Origin: Heteronotia binoei | Lineage: Eukaryota | Length of the DNA stretch: 64,000 nucleotides | Assembly (NCBI RefSeq): GCF_032191835.1 | Contig: NC_083229.1 | Span: forward strand, 102,734,001-102,798,000 | Direction: 5' to 3' | Shown here: positions 48,001 to 60,250 of the stretch, piece by piece | How the letters are laid out: the number at the start of each line of letters is the position of its first letter | Position numbering within the stretch: the first letter of the stretch is position 1 | Program-made: the position numbers and the translations under genes | The notes under the pieces: generated by a model | What the model saw: only the letters and a program-made list of their open reading frames with translations | What the model was told of the DNA's origin: nothing | The model's database searches: none

Positions 48001-51000
48001 TGCAGCTGCATAACAATCCCTGGATCAGGAGAGCGGACAGCTAGCCAGTCATCAGGAGCTTTGCCACGCCTCCAGCAGCCCTTATTAACCCCTAGAGAAG
48101 CCCACACCATCCTTTCCTCACTTATGATTTTGGGTAGCAGACGGCTTGCTGGCCTTTTGACGGGGGGTGGGGGGTGGGCAAGGAGAGCCCCAGGTGAGCG
48201 AAGCTTGCTTGGGCTGCCTTGATCTCTTTGCAGCCCAAACAGATCTCGCTCGCCCAGGGCTCTCTTTTCTTGCATCGGGTTGCTTTTGGCTGGGGGGGGT
48301 GGTGGTATATGGTAATAAGTTATGCCAATGAGCCCCACCATCTGTTTTTCTACAAAACGACTCCTGGTTTTACCCACCCGAGAGCTGCAATCCCAGGCTG
48401 CCTGCCTGGCAGTCTTCCTCTAATTGCTTAACAAGTTTGTGGCAGGCATTGTGGTGACCAAGATTTTTTTTTCCTGGGTAGCTCTTTAAAATACTTATTG
48501 GTGTTGTCAGCCTCCAGGTGGTGGCTGGAGATCTCCTGGGTTTACAACTAACCTCCAGATCAGTTTACCTGGAGAAAATGACCACAATGGGGGTGGACTC
48601 TATGGCATTCTACCCCATTTAAGTCCCTCCCCTAATCCAGCCCTCCCCAGGCTCCACCCCCAAAATCTCCAGATATTTCCCAATCTGGAGCTGGCAATCC
48701 TAGCTCCTCTCTTTGTGGAAGATCTGTTCCCTTAGAAGGCCAGTCAATGGGAATTCTGTTTTTAATCTGGGTTGATATTGGAAATTGATTTAAATAATGT
48801 CGAGACATCTGACCACTTTTTTCCTGTTTTATTCTGCTTTAGGGCTAACGTGAGTGGCTCTGAATTCTTTTACCTAGAATAAACCCCTATTTTGTAATCC
48901 AAAGTAATCTTACTGCATTATCAATATTAGCTTTTGCGAGCCTCAGTTCACTTCCTCAGATATGAAAATATTTCATGTATGCATTTGTTTAAATTATACC
49001 CCAGGGGAGAATTCTTTTAAACTAAATTATCATAGCTTCCTCAGAATATTCCAAGATAAAACATGGATCGGGAAAGTAGAACAGTTTTTCGATCGGCTAA
49101 GGCTCAGTTTTCTACCCAAATTTGTGGAACTAGTCAATTATTTTTTACACTTAACACTCAAGTATAGCTGTAGCCTGTTGATACATTTTTGAAGTGGCCT
49201 CACTGGAACATGAACACTTTGTTATTTACTAATGGAAAGGGCATTATATCAAGCATGCTGTGACAACTCTGAAATGCATAACGTTAACAGTTATTTTATT
49301 TATTTTTTTATTTATACACACATAGTAGTAATATAGATTTTTTTTTTCTTCAACAGGACTAAGTTTTGGTATGATAGCCCTGCACTGGGATCCCATCTGG
49401 TAAGAACAGGCAAGAGTTTTAAATTTTAAAACAACCTGTCATGGCTGCAAGCTGTCTCTATTCTTTAAATTAGTGGTCTTCAGTTTATGGGGCAGGACCC
49501 TCAAGTAGGTCATGGAGCCTCAGCTGCTGGGTTCATAGCCCCTCTAGAGCTTCCATGTGTTTTTTTCCTGCCTTCTGGAAGGAACATCTAGTACGGTTAA
49601 TAGCGAGTCAGGGTGCTAGGGTTTCAACTTCTTTTTGCTCGTGTTATGAGAAGAGTGGCAGGAAACAAGATGGAGATCTCCTTCAGTGATGGAGATCTCC
49701 ATGGCTTTGACAGTTTGCTTTTTCCTCAGTACAGTACACTTCTCAGTTCTTGGCTTGTATTTTGTGTCTTGCATGCTCTGTTTGGTTGTCAACAGACCCT
49801 GGCTTCCCTTCTTCAGTCACATGACTCTCAATGTCATGTTCTCACTGCTCTGATTTGGAAAGGTTGAAGACCAGTGCTTTAATGCATATCCTTCACAGTC
49901 CCATTACGAAAAAACATCATAAGAAATAAAAGTGAATGCCACTTACATCATGGTGGAGTTTACTTAGGACCACAACTTTAATAAGCCCTTTTCTGAGCAA
50001 CAGCGCCATCATTTTTATATGTCCTGAACTATCTTTAGAAGTTGGCTGTGGCTATGTGCAGTGTTCTTCCCCTTTGCAGTCTGTTTTGTTTTTAAAGGTA
50101 AATAAGCCATCCAATTGGAACAGTGCTTTAAAGCTTCCTGCATCAAAAGATAGAAAAGAAGACAGCATACGCAAAAGAACTCTAGATGTTCTGTTGTTTA
50201 GAGCTGTGAGAGATATTCTGAATACTTGTGAAGCTGGTGAAGAACTTTACAATCTCAATGTAGAAGTGTCTAAAGTAAGTACAAAAGGTATTGTTCCAGT
50301 CATTTTAGATAAGTTTTAACACTTGGATGGCTTTGAATACTTAAATCCCAGTCCTTCAGGCAGCTCTGAGCTCACCGGAGGTGGGGGGTGTCTGTACAGC
50401 TTGTAGATTTCCCATGAGAGGCATAGCAAACACAGTATCATGATTTTATCTTCAGTTCTGAGACCTGTTACTCAAATGCTTTGCCTTTTGGGTGTTGTAA
50501 TGGAAAAGCAGTCCAGTAGGGGGGAAAATAGTTGGATTTAAAAGGGTCCCAAGAGTTCACAAACATGTGATTTTCATATATACAATGTGAAATTCAAGAC
50601 TGCAGTTTGAACTCTCTAGTGGCAAAATAAAAAAATTACTGGTATGCATATCCCTACGTAAGTTTTTAAAAAACAAAACAACCACCTTTGGGTTACTCAG
50701 AGAATCATTAGAAGTGATTGATTGCAGATTTTCCTTGAGCCTATGTTTCAAGGAGTCCAAACACTTCTTTTAAAGGTTTCTGCATGGAAAATTGTTAACT
50801 TAGATGCATGTCCACACCTATATGAGCTTTCATTTAAACCCTGAACTTCAGTTCTGCAGTCTGAGCCACTGAAGGGAATGGGCACATATGACAGAAGTTA
50901 TCCTTTTGGCCATGAAACATGTCTTGAATGTATCTTATGGTTCCTTCCCCCTTGAATTGGGTTTTATTTAGAACATTGGTGCATGGAGAGCCACAATTGC

Positions 51001-54000
51001 TGTTGCCATCAGCCTAAAGAGCCATATGGCCACTGTTTGTCCTGTGCGCCACCTACCAAATATGTATAAGATATAACTATTGATATTAAATAGATAACTG
51101 CAGGGCTTTTTTTGAGCAGGAATGCACAGGATCGCAGTTCCAACTGGCTTGGCAGCAGGGGGTGTGGCCTAATATGCAAATGATCTCTGCTGGGCTTTTT
51201 CTTTAAAAAGCCCTATGCTAAACAATGGTGATGTCAGGGGGTGTGGCCTAATATGAAAATGAGTTCCTGCTGGACTTTTCTACAAAAAGCCCTGGATAAC
51301 TGTAATCTTTTAAAAAATAACCAGAGTACCTCTGAGTGTGTAGGGTTGTCTTTCTCCACCACTGTTGAACCTTAGCCAGCTCTTGTATGTGTGGCATGGG
51401 GAGGAAAGGACTTCCTTCTCTGCATGAGGCACAGTAGCTCAGACAAGAGACTGAGATCGCCAAGGCCCTTGGAGGAGAGCAGACTGGTGTTGGAGAAAGG
51501 GGAATAAAATCAACACCACCCCACTGTGGTCAGCTTTTTCTTAGGTGACTGCCATGGTGGAGGAGCTTTACTCTCTTTCTCTTCCGTTTGGCCAGCTTGT
51601 GGCAGTCCTGGCAGCTGCCAGGATGAGAGTGCAGAGAAGGGTAGAGGGTTCCTGAAGTGAATGGGCCCTTTATTTCCATGCCAGGCACAAAGCCCATAGC
51701 TCCAGAAGGCTAGCAGTTTACCTCTCCTTCAGTCCCTCCAATGGTGGCTACAGCCATTTGCCAACCACAAGCCCTACCCTCTTTTCCTGGAACATGGGGC
51801 AGGTGCCACATTGGGGAACACTTCTCAGAAGAGCCACAGGTGGTATGTCAAACAGCCGCTGAGTTAGTATTATTGAAGTGGAAATTTTTTTCTTGCATGT
51901 TTAGTTTAGTTCTCAATCTGGTTACTTACAGCTACATAGAAGGATTCAATTTTCTTTTGCTCTAAGAATATTTTAATTTTTTTTATTGTTTGAAGTGTCA
52001 AAATCATTAGGTGGATTGCTCTGTGATGAGAGAATAATTTTTAATGTAAGAAACTTTAACGTGTTCTGGACTTCATTTTTTTCTAGTTAAAAATGCCTCC
52101 GTGACACTTAATCCTAAACAATTTTTAGTTTACTTAACTCCTGCTGGAATCGAGGGTAATTATATTAAAGTGCAAAGAGGTTAGATTCTGTTGATGTCAA
52201 TGGAACTAGGCTGGGCCTAAAATTTTGTGAACTGCACCTGTGTCATGGATGCCCTCTCAAATAATACTGCCTCTGCTTTTTGTTGTATTATAGCTGTCTT
52301 TTAATCTAGTTGGGTTTTTTTGTTTATAATCGTTTCACGTATTAGTAAAATTTAACTCCTGCCCTTCCCCCCCCAACATTGTCTTTCTAGGCAATGGTGG
52401 TGATATTCACTCCTTCGCTTCCCTGTTTATAACCTAGAATAGGATTGTTCTCTTGGTCCTTCAAAACTGATTTCTTTACCATAAAATATGTATTTGTAAC
52501 AGGTATTTTGAATTTTTTAGGGATCCCTTGCACCTCGTTTTTCAACGTGTCGTATATATTGGAGGACTACTGGTAATATAGAACAGGATGACCATATTGA
52601 TAAGGTTCTCCGGCAGTGTGCTCCACATATAAGGTACTAACATACTATTACCCAGTAAAGTTAAGGGAAAGACTGTGAGTCAGTGGAAGAGAACTTGCTT
52701 TGCATGCAGAAGGTCCCAGGTTCAATCCCTTCTAGTTTAAGCAGGCAGCGGTGATTAGGAAATACTTTCTCTTCCCTAGGTGCTGGAAGGGTGCTCCCAG
52801 TCAAGGGAGACTGTACATGACTCATTGGACTAGTGCTCCAGTTCTCTATAGGGCAGCTTCATATATTCTCTGGAGGCCATTGATATCAAGTTTCTAAAGG
52901 CTTGAGAACTGGAACAAGGAATATATCTGCTTGCTGGATCACCCAGATAGAAGATAGTGTGTATTTTTGCATATACAGCTTCTTTCCCCCACACCTGCAG
53001 ACAGTATATGCACATTTCCAGAAGCAAGTCTGCTCACTGTTACAGTGCCATAGAAATTCATTTTTTCATACTGTCTGGACTAGGAACCACCCCCCACTCT
53101 CATTCTCTGGTGCTGAACCCACAGCCACCTGGAGCTCCTATGGTCTCACTGTGTTCTGGTCCTTTATTGAGGCCCTTTAGCTTCTGGGTTTGCTTTGTGG
53201 ATTTAAATAGACCTTCAGCAAACACTCCTGACACAACAGGAAAAAACACCTTTATTTGCATTTATTTAGTCTTCCAGTAACAGAGAGCATATGCAAAGCA
53301 GAAATCACCCTCACATCACAATAGCACAGAAATAATAACAATATACTTAAGTTGGGTAGAGGCTAAGCCTCTAAAACATTAGTTGCTTGCTGGCTTCCTT
53401 CTCTGGGATAATCCCACAAGCTGACTTCTTCACCCGGAGGCTCAAGGAAGAAAGTCCATCCCTGCTGAAGCAAACCTTGACAGCCCCAGCTTGAAGTCAC
53501 GGAGGCCTCTGTCCTTCTGGTGCTCTGCAGCGACCAGATAAGAGCATTCTATATCAGCTGGTCAAGACTGCCAGTCCAAACAGGCTACAACTAACCTGTC
53601 GGAACTTGCAGCTTGGCCACAGTTAACAGAAGCCTTCAGATCTATAAGCGCTGACTATTACACAATAAAAAGATCGCTCTTGTCTTTTGCATACCTTCTC
53701 CCTTTTCTTTGTTGCTACTTGATTGAGACTTAAGAGGACCAAAGCTGCTGTGTAGAATGAATAGGAAGAGAGTGGCTTGTTCCCTGTGTCAGAAGCCCAC
53801 TTGTGCTGTACCTCTTCCATTGGCTGATAGGGCCCCATGGAATGGGGCGGGGCACAGATCAAGATCAGAATGGGTCCATCTTGCGCTTTCAGAAACATCA
53901 GTAGTTCAGCAGATGACTTAGCTGAAGTGTGTTTTGCTCCTTTTGAAAAAAGGGAAGCTTTCTTCATCTTTTTGTTTCCATTTTGGTCATTGTTAACTAA

Positions 54001-56859
54001 CATTTCAGCTGATTTAAAGATCGTATTTTGAACACTATTTTTTGTTTTGCAGACACTTGTTGATTTCAAATCGGGTCATAGGAAATGTTCCTCCAATAAT
54101 ATTTGTCAGAGACAAAGTGGATGCTGCAGTACAAGAGGTAAGGAAGAAAGAATGTAAACACTGGGTTGGACTCAGTAAGTTCTTTAAATGAAGAGTCTTT
54201 CAGTAGAACAAGATTCTTCACTTAGCAGAACTGAATCTAATGGATTAACTGTTAAAAGCACTGGAGATACGTTCATAACAACATGAAAAAAACCATTATT
54301 CCTGTAATGCAGCGCTTGGTAAGTCTCCAGGGTAGATTACCCTGGATGAGATGGAGGAGAGAGGAGGGAATGTCTCTTTAGCTCTCCCATCCTGAAAGCA
54401 CTCCACCAAAGTAGGATAGCCTTCAGCCTTCAGAAATGATAGGCATGAGGCAGGCCATTGGAACAATCATATGAGCATATGAAGCTGCCTTATACTGAAT
54501 CAGACGCTGGGTCCATCAAAGTCAGTATTGTCTACTCAGACTGGCAGTGGCTCTCCAGGCTCTCAAGCTGAGGTTTTTCATTCCTATTTGCCTGGACCCT
54601 TTTTAGTTGGAGATGCTGGGGATTGAACCTGGGACCTTCTGCTTAGTAAGCACTTCTTTCTCCAGGCACACGCAAAAAAGACTTTCTGCACTTGTGCAAG
54701 GTCTAGGATCCTTGGATCCTGGCCAGTCTTGCCTTTTCTGAGAAACAGAATAGAGTTGATAGTTAATAATCCTGAAGAGACTGAGACACATCTGGATCTC
54801 CAGTTGCTAACCAAATGGCCCCTTAGAAACATTGGAGAAAATACCATTGGAAAAAGTATTGGTGGTTTACTAAGGTGATTTATTGATTTAAAAGGTATTG
54901 GCCATTCAGCCAAGTAAAGGCAAATTTTAGGTGCCTTTATGCTATTTCATGGGTGTGTTTGTTCACTTCCAAGTAAATGTGTCTTTAGGTTTTTTAATCT
55001 CAGAGGGAGAGTAAAGATTCCTTAGCTGACTCGTGTCATTGAGACTATTCCAAATCAATTGAGCACATAAAATGTTTTTAGACCCACTATTTATGGAATT
55101 GGTAATTTGCATATGAAGGCAACGTGCCCAAAGCCAGGGGGACTGGGAATGTGTGTTCCCATCTAGATTTTATCAAAATGGCTATATTTCTGGGCATCTA
55201 AACTTTGTGTTGACTTTATTGCAGGTTGAGCGGTTATTGGCAATTGCAGATTTTGGGCCTGCAGAAGAAGAAAATGAATTGGATCACAATGATTTTAGGT
55301 AGATTTTTTTAAAAATTCAGATTCAGTACAAATGTCTTTGTTGGCAAAAACAAGTTTAAAATATTTGGAAGTGTACTTATGAATTGCATCCTCTCCTGTT
55401 TCATTTTTTAAAGAGGTCTTAGTAAACATTTGCTTTAAAATATGCTTGCCTAATAAACCCTGTTTCATACTATTAAACAGGAGTCCAGTAACTCCTTAAA
55501 GGCTAACTGAATTTATTCCAGAAAATGTTTTTATGAGTTGTAGCTTGTCTCATTAAAAGCACTGGAGTATCATAAAACAGTGATTTGACTAAAAGCTTTG
55601 AGGGTTGTGTCTTGGTAACTATACATTTTTAATGCCTTTGGATGTTTGTCTGGACAGTGAACTGCCTCTATTCAGATGCCATGAGCAAATAGGTTTCAGT
55701 TCCAGGGGCCTGGCCTTGGTCTGTTGAAGCAAAAATAAAGAGTTATTATCTCAAAAAATTAATAAGTATTTATTCTAGTATAACCTTCATGGACTGAAGA
55801 CCACTTTGTCATAGTTATGCACTGGGTTTTTGTTAGATCCACATATTTATGCAGGGTGTGATGAAAAAAGTTGTAAACAGCATGGCCGTGAAATTCAGGA
55901 AGTACATAAGATTATACAAAGTGCAAATATCATAAAGAAAAGTCCAGAGATACCCTGACCTGGATAGCCCAGGCAAGCCTGATCTCAGAAGCTAAGCAGG
56001 GTCGACTTTCGTAAGTGTTTGGATGGGAGACCTCCTTGGAATACCAGAAGTCATGAGACAGGGGCATGCTTTATTCAGCCACCTCTCTGAATATCTTCCA
56101 GACCCCCAGTAGGGGTCAATCACCAGAAGTCACCATGACTTCCAGCAGTGTTTCCTCTAAGCTGCAGAGTCTTGTGAGCAAAAATTCTACTTTGTAAGCT
56201 ACGGGCATTAAAGTTGTGAGCTACTGGCATTGAAGTTGTGAGCTACTGCATAAATTGGTATGCTCTGGGGTCGTCCTTCCTGAGCTAAGACAAAAATGTG
56301 TGAGCTGGAGGCTAAAAATATGTGAGTTAGTGCACGCTAACTCAGCTTAGAGGGAACACTTCTTCCAGGTGCAGATATGTTTAGCAGAGCCTGAATGCAG
56401 TTTGCTGTTTATTTGCAGAGTATAAAACATGTTATACTGTAGTTTATCAGACTTTTGTATCTTTCTTGCAGCAAACAAGGATCTGTGAAGACTGATGTAT
56501 CTCTGGACACCACAGATCCTACTATGCTTTCTAATATGTTTGGAATTGATCATGAAGAATTAAATAAGCAGATACTTGAATACAAAAAAATGAGAAAGGA
56601 CAAGGAAATAGAAGGGATTGGACTGTCAGAGCAGCAGCAGAAGCAACTGGCTGAGATACAGAAGCAAAAGAAATTGCGAAGGAAGAAAGCCAAGAAAGCC
56701 TCTGATGATCTCACACCTGAGAAATATTTAATGGACAAATACAATGAAGATTATTGGGACAGTGAAGATGAATTCCGCCAAGAAAAAGAACTTGATTATC
56801 AGTTACAGGAAATAGAAAATGAACTGGAGGGAGATGGTAGAAACACAAAACTTAAGTGA
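47629..56859 (+). CDS. RBFA: Mitochondrial ribosome-binding factor A, 366 aa; exons 47629-47849, 49357-49399, 50098-50274, 52521-52633, 54053-54137, 55225-55298, 56472-56859
   Basis: Continuous spliced frame with GT/AG sites; RBFA motifs WYDSP.LGSH, ELYNLNVEVSK, CRIYWRTT, NVPPIIFVRDK, LLAIADFG, GIDHEELNKQILEYK. Confidence 0.95.
48499..48702. mobile_element. AGGGTTGCCA-family MITE-like repeat
   Basis: Homologous to 12293-12503. Confidence 0.8.
49357..49399 (+). CDS. RBFA: RBFA exon 2 (43 nt)
   Basis: TKFWYDSPALGSHL. Confidence 0.93.
50098..50274 (+). CDS. RBFA: RBFA exon 3 (177 nt)
   Basis: VNKPS...RKEDSIRKRTLDVLLFRAVRDIL...VEVSK. Confidence 0.92.
51101..51294. mobile_element. hAT MITE (CAGGGCTTTTTTTG family)
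   Basis: TIRs; perfect TSD GATAACTG. Confidence 0.9.
52521..52633 (+). CDS. RBFA: RBFA exon 4 (113 nt)
   Basis: GSLAPRFSTCRIYWRTTGNIEQDDHIDKVLRQCAPHIR. Confidence 0.92.
52664..52864 (+). mobile_element. Old tRNA-derived SINE with CR1-like tail
   Basis: GCAGAAGGTCCCAGGTTCAATCC B-box region and GGCAGCTTCATAT tail, as in 17354. Confidence 0.7.
53157..53638 (-). mobile_element. Putative solo LTR (left boundary uncertain)
   Basis: Minus strand starts TGAAGG and has AATAAA signals near its end; TSD only 3/4 (GTTC/GATC). Confidence 0.3.
54053..54137 (+). CDS. RBFA: RBFA exon 5 (85 nt)
   Basis: HLLISNRVIGNVPPIIFVRDKVDAAVQE. Confidence 0.95.
54468..54652 (-). mobile_element. tRNA-derived SINE with CR1-like tail (Squam3-like), 5' clipped
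   Basis: Reverse complement of the 17354-17578 element. Confidence 0.85.
55225..55298 (+). CDS. RBFA: RBFA exon 6 (74 nt)
   Basis: VERLLAIADFGPAEEENELDHNDF. Confidence 0.95.
55953..56378 (+). mobile_element. 5S rRNA-derived SINE interrupted by a MITE
   Basis: GATCTCAGAAGCTAAGCAGGGTCG...TTGGATGGGAGACC..GGAATACC; tail resumes (CTTCCAG GTGCA) after the MITE. Confidence 0.85.
56146..56361. mobile_element. hAT-like MITE nested in 5S SINE
   Basis: TIR CAGTGTTTCCTCTAAGCTG / CAGCTTAGAGGGAACACT; CTTCCAG duplicated on both sides. Confidence 0.88.
56472..56859 (+). CDS. RBFA: RBFA exon 7 (last coding exon)
   Basis: ...SNMFGIDHEELNKQILEYKK...RNTKLK*. Confidence 0.94.
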
Positions 56860-58123
56860 TTTTGGAAAAACAGTGGCTCAGTTCAGATACCATGTGTCCC
56901 CCAAGCTGTTAAAGGATTTAAGCCTTTTTCAATTTTGGGAATGCAGACTCTTGTTATACGTAGTAGGGAAATAGATGGTACATATAGAAATAGTGATTCA
57001 GGAATTGCTTTTGAAAAACAGCTAGTGTTGCAAGAAAAATTTAAACACTGAACCTGTATGAATTAACAGAGGTGGGGGCATGATTTTGTGCCCTGTCATA
57101 CACCAGTAGGACAGCATATGATGGTGTATAAGGCTTCCCCAGTACTGGTGGAAAGAGGGAACTGGGAGAGCAGCTGCTTTGGGCACTGCTGTGGGAAAAC
57201 CCATCTGCTATACTACACAAAAGAGTAGGAGAACAGAAAAACAGAATCTGTGAGCATGAAGATCCAAGGGCTGTAGGAGAGAGACTGTTCCCTTTTCAGC
57301 TATACAGAATTATTCCAGCAAAAAGGTGTGTGTGACAGGGTCTGTTCGGACAGTTCTGCTGCTGTTGCCTTGTGTAAGAAGCAGCTCTTGCTGAGGATAG
57401 CCAAGTACAATGAGCTAATGGCATAAAGAAACCTCATCAGATTACAGCAGAATTGCGTTAAAGTTCATTTCATTGCTTTTTAAAGTGTGCTTATAATTTA
57501 TTATGGAACAACAGCAAACATATAAAAGAAAGCACAGTTAGAGTGAAACAAGAATTGAATTAAAGCTGTCCTTAATAGAAAATTTTAAAAACTGAACTAG
57601 AGCATAAACTGCAGAACACACAAGGATGGGTATTCTGTTATTCACAACATTGTGAATAAAATTAATTTATCTGCAGAGTTAGCTTCTTGGAGCACAATTT
57701 GATGACCCTGACAAACTTCATTTATTTATTTATTTAGTAGGCTTATAGTCTGCCCTGCTATAACATCAATAGTATGTCTGGCTTTCATGGCTGCAATACC
57801 AAATCTGTGCTGCAGCTGCAAGTATCTTCTCTGCCTACGGTGAGGTCTTATCCTTCCCTTGAACATGCTGGTCTCCTAGAATCTTGCATCCATTCCAGCC
57901 CCAGTTTGAGACTTAGTGGAATAAATGAAAATCAGGAAAAAGAGCATGAATACGCATGCTTGCACATGGGGCCATTTCTGACATGCAGCTTCTGCTTACA
58001 CAAAGGAAAGCAAAAGTCACTTCATACCAAACTAACGTTGCAGATTCTCACATCTACCAGCCCTTAGTTGATTCAGAAGTTGATAGAATTTTATAATTAA
58101 GAGGATAACGCATAAGTCATCCT

Positions 58124-58525
58124 CAGGGCCGGTGCTAGGCTTTCTGGTGCCCTAGGCGAATCACCCACTAGTGCCCCCCCCCCTTTATGATAAAATATAG
58201 GGAAAATGAAGAGCGCCAAACTTGAAACTTCACATTTTTAATTTACTGATTTTTAGTTTATTTTTTTTTTTTAAAATGTGATATGTTATAAAAAAACCTG
58301 TGACAATAAGTGCTTGCTGGCCACACCAGGAAAGAGGGCGGTGGGATAGGATGAGGTGGGAGACCCAAGTCGCACATTGGGGAGAGGGGGGTGGCTTGGC
58401 TTTGTTGAGGGTAGCTTGGTGATGGGAGAAGACAAGGTGACAGTGGTCAGGAGCCAGAGTCATGCGTCTGGGAGGGGGCACCCTAGGCGACTGCCTACTT
58501 TGCCTACTCCCACGCACCGGTCCTG
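58124..58525. mobile_element. hAT MITE
   Basis: TIR CAGGGCCGGTGC / GCACCGGTCCTG; perfect TSD GTCATCCT. Confidence 0.9.
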
Positions 58526-58675
58526 GTCATCCTCCCCCAATCCTAGTGGAATGGGGAAGATCAATGGAATACTGTTATTGCTGGCTATAAATCCATAGAC
58601 GATGTAGGTGCTGCTGTGCTGTACATCAAGGAAAGCAAACTCAGGCTAGAAAATATTAAGGGAAGATTTCCTTCA

Positions 58676-58870
58676 TGGGAATTACCAGCCTCCAGGTGAG
58701 GGCTGCAGATCACCTGAAATTACAATTGCTCTTAAGATGTCAGAGAAAATAGCCACTTTGGAATGTGGAGTCTGCAGCATTATACTTTCCTGAGGCTGCT
58801 TCCCTCCCCAAACCTCACCTTTCCATCCCCAAATCTCCAGGAATTAATTAACCTGCTGCTGGCGACCCTA
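58676..58870. mobile_element. AGGGTTGCCA-family MITE-like repeat, degenerate
   Basis: Homologous to 12293-12503. Confidence 0.7.
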
Positions 58871-58929
58871 AGAGGAACTCATCTCTAGTTTGTTGAGGGT
58901 TCCCAATTGATCCAATGTCCTCGGGACAA

Positions 58930-60250
58930 ATATGGGCCACATTCAGCATAGCCAGCGTTGCATAATTGAGTCCAGCCCCGGCAGCAAAGCAACCCGTCAC
59001 CTCAAGCTGAACCAGCTTTCAAGCGTCCTTCAAACCTCCCAGCAGCGAGAACCGAAATCCATACGAGAAGATTGCGCTCTGGTTGCTATTGGCTGGAGAA
59101 GGTCTGACGTATCTGCGTAGTCTGGGCGCCACCTGCCGGTCATACGGCGCAGTGCCCGCGTGTCTGCGGGATTAGCCGCTGGGGGAGTGGAAAAGTTTCG
59201 CTCGGGACACCGAGTGGCGCCAAATTTAGAAGTTGCTATTGTTTTCGTGAGGGGCATCCTTCCCTCCCCCCCGCCGACTGAACGTCGACTGGTTCTCACT
59301 GGAAACACCCGGAGAGAGGTAGTCGCGCACGTTTAAAATCGCATATTATTATTTTCCAGAAGTGTCTGCTTCTGTAGAGTCTATATTTCCATCTGCTTTT
59401 CGTTTCTTCCCTCTGTCCGGAAATCCGAAACGGCGTTTTCTTAGCTGTCCTTTTCTTTTTCGGAGGCTGCAGGCGAGAGAGTGGAAGGGAGTCATTTTGG
59501 GAAGAGATCCGCGCTGGTGCTAATGAGTCGGGTGGGTGTGACCTGGGAGCTAAAATTCGTGATGGTGGGAGGAGATGAGGGGAAGGTGGACGGGATTGAG
59601 TAGGGGGTGCGGCCTCTAAAGAGGAGCAAGTGGCCTGCTGTGTGGCTCGGGGGCTGCATCTTCCCAGGCGTGGCTCCCACTTTCTTTTTTGCTTTTCCTT
59701 CTGCTGCGAAGCGGTTTCCTGGCCGTTCCTCTAGTTTGTATCGGAATCGGCGCCTGCAAAAGGGGTCTTGGGAGCGCTGCAGACGGGCTTTGTGAACTAA
59801 GGGGAAAGAGAAGTGAGCAATTGCGCGTGCAAGACCCTGGGGCGGAGAGCAGTCCGTTTCCTGGTTGCTTGCACGTGGCGAAGCAGTCCGTTGCCCCCGA
59901 CTGTGAAAAGCTCGGATCAGCCCATCGTTGAGCTCGTACTAATCTCCTGGGTTGATGAAGTTTGCAGAATCCATTACAACAGTAGTTGGCTGATAGAACA
60001 GCCCGGCCACATCGGCATGTTTAACTCAGAATGGAGCCTGCATAGGAGGCGCAGCCTTGCTTGGAAATGAAACCTCGGCGCTGAAACATTCGTGGCTTTG
60101 CTTGTCGCGTCGAGCAGAGTAGGACTTGCTTCCAGTTAACAACGCATTGGGTCAGGCCCGGCTGCAGGCATGTTTTCAGTTGTGGGTTGCCGTCGGCGCT
60201 TTTATTCCATCGCCGATTTAAATATGCCTGAAATTTTATTTATTTAGCGG
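58930..60250 (+). promoter_or_regulatory. CpG island; probable promoter/non-coding first exon of the next gene (ADNP2 by synteny only)
   Basis: Strong CpG enrichment, CCGGAAAT ETS motif, candidate donor CGG|GTGGGT at 59531/59532; no coding exon of the gene seen in the window. Confidence 0.65.

Noticed and set aside
47715-48377. Alternative ORFs over RBFA exon 1 (47715-47909 plus; 47838-48377 minus)
   Set aside because: 47715 starts at GTG, not ATG; GC-rich stop-poor sequence; only the 47629 frame splices into RBFA
53623-54069. 148-aa minus-strand ORF in RBFA intron 4
   Set aside because: No homology recognised and no splice or promoter support; likely chance
55953-56050. 5S rRNA gene
   Set aside because: Lacks the 5S 5' end and T-run terminator, is diverged, and is fused to a repeat tail
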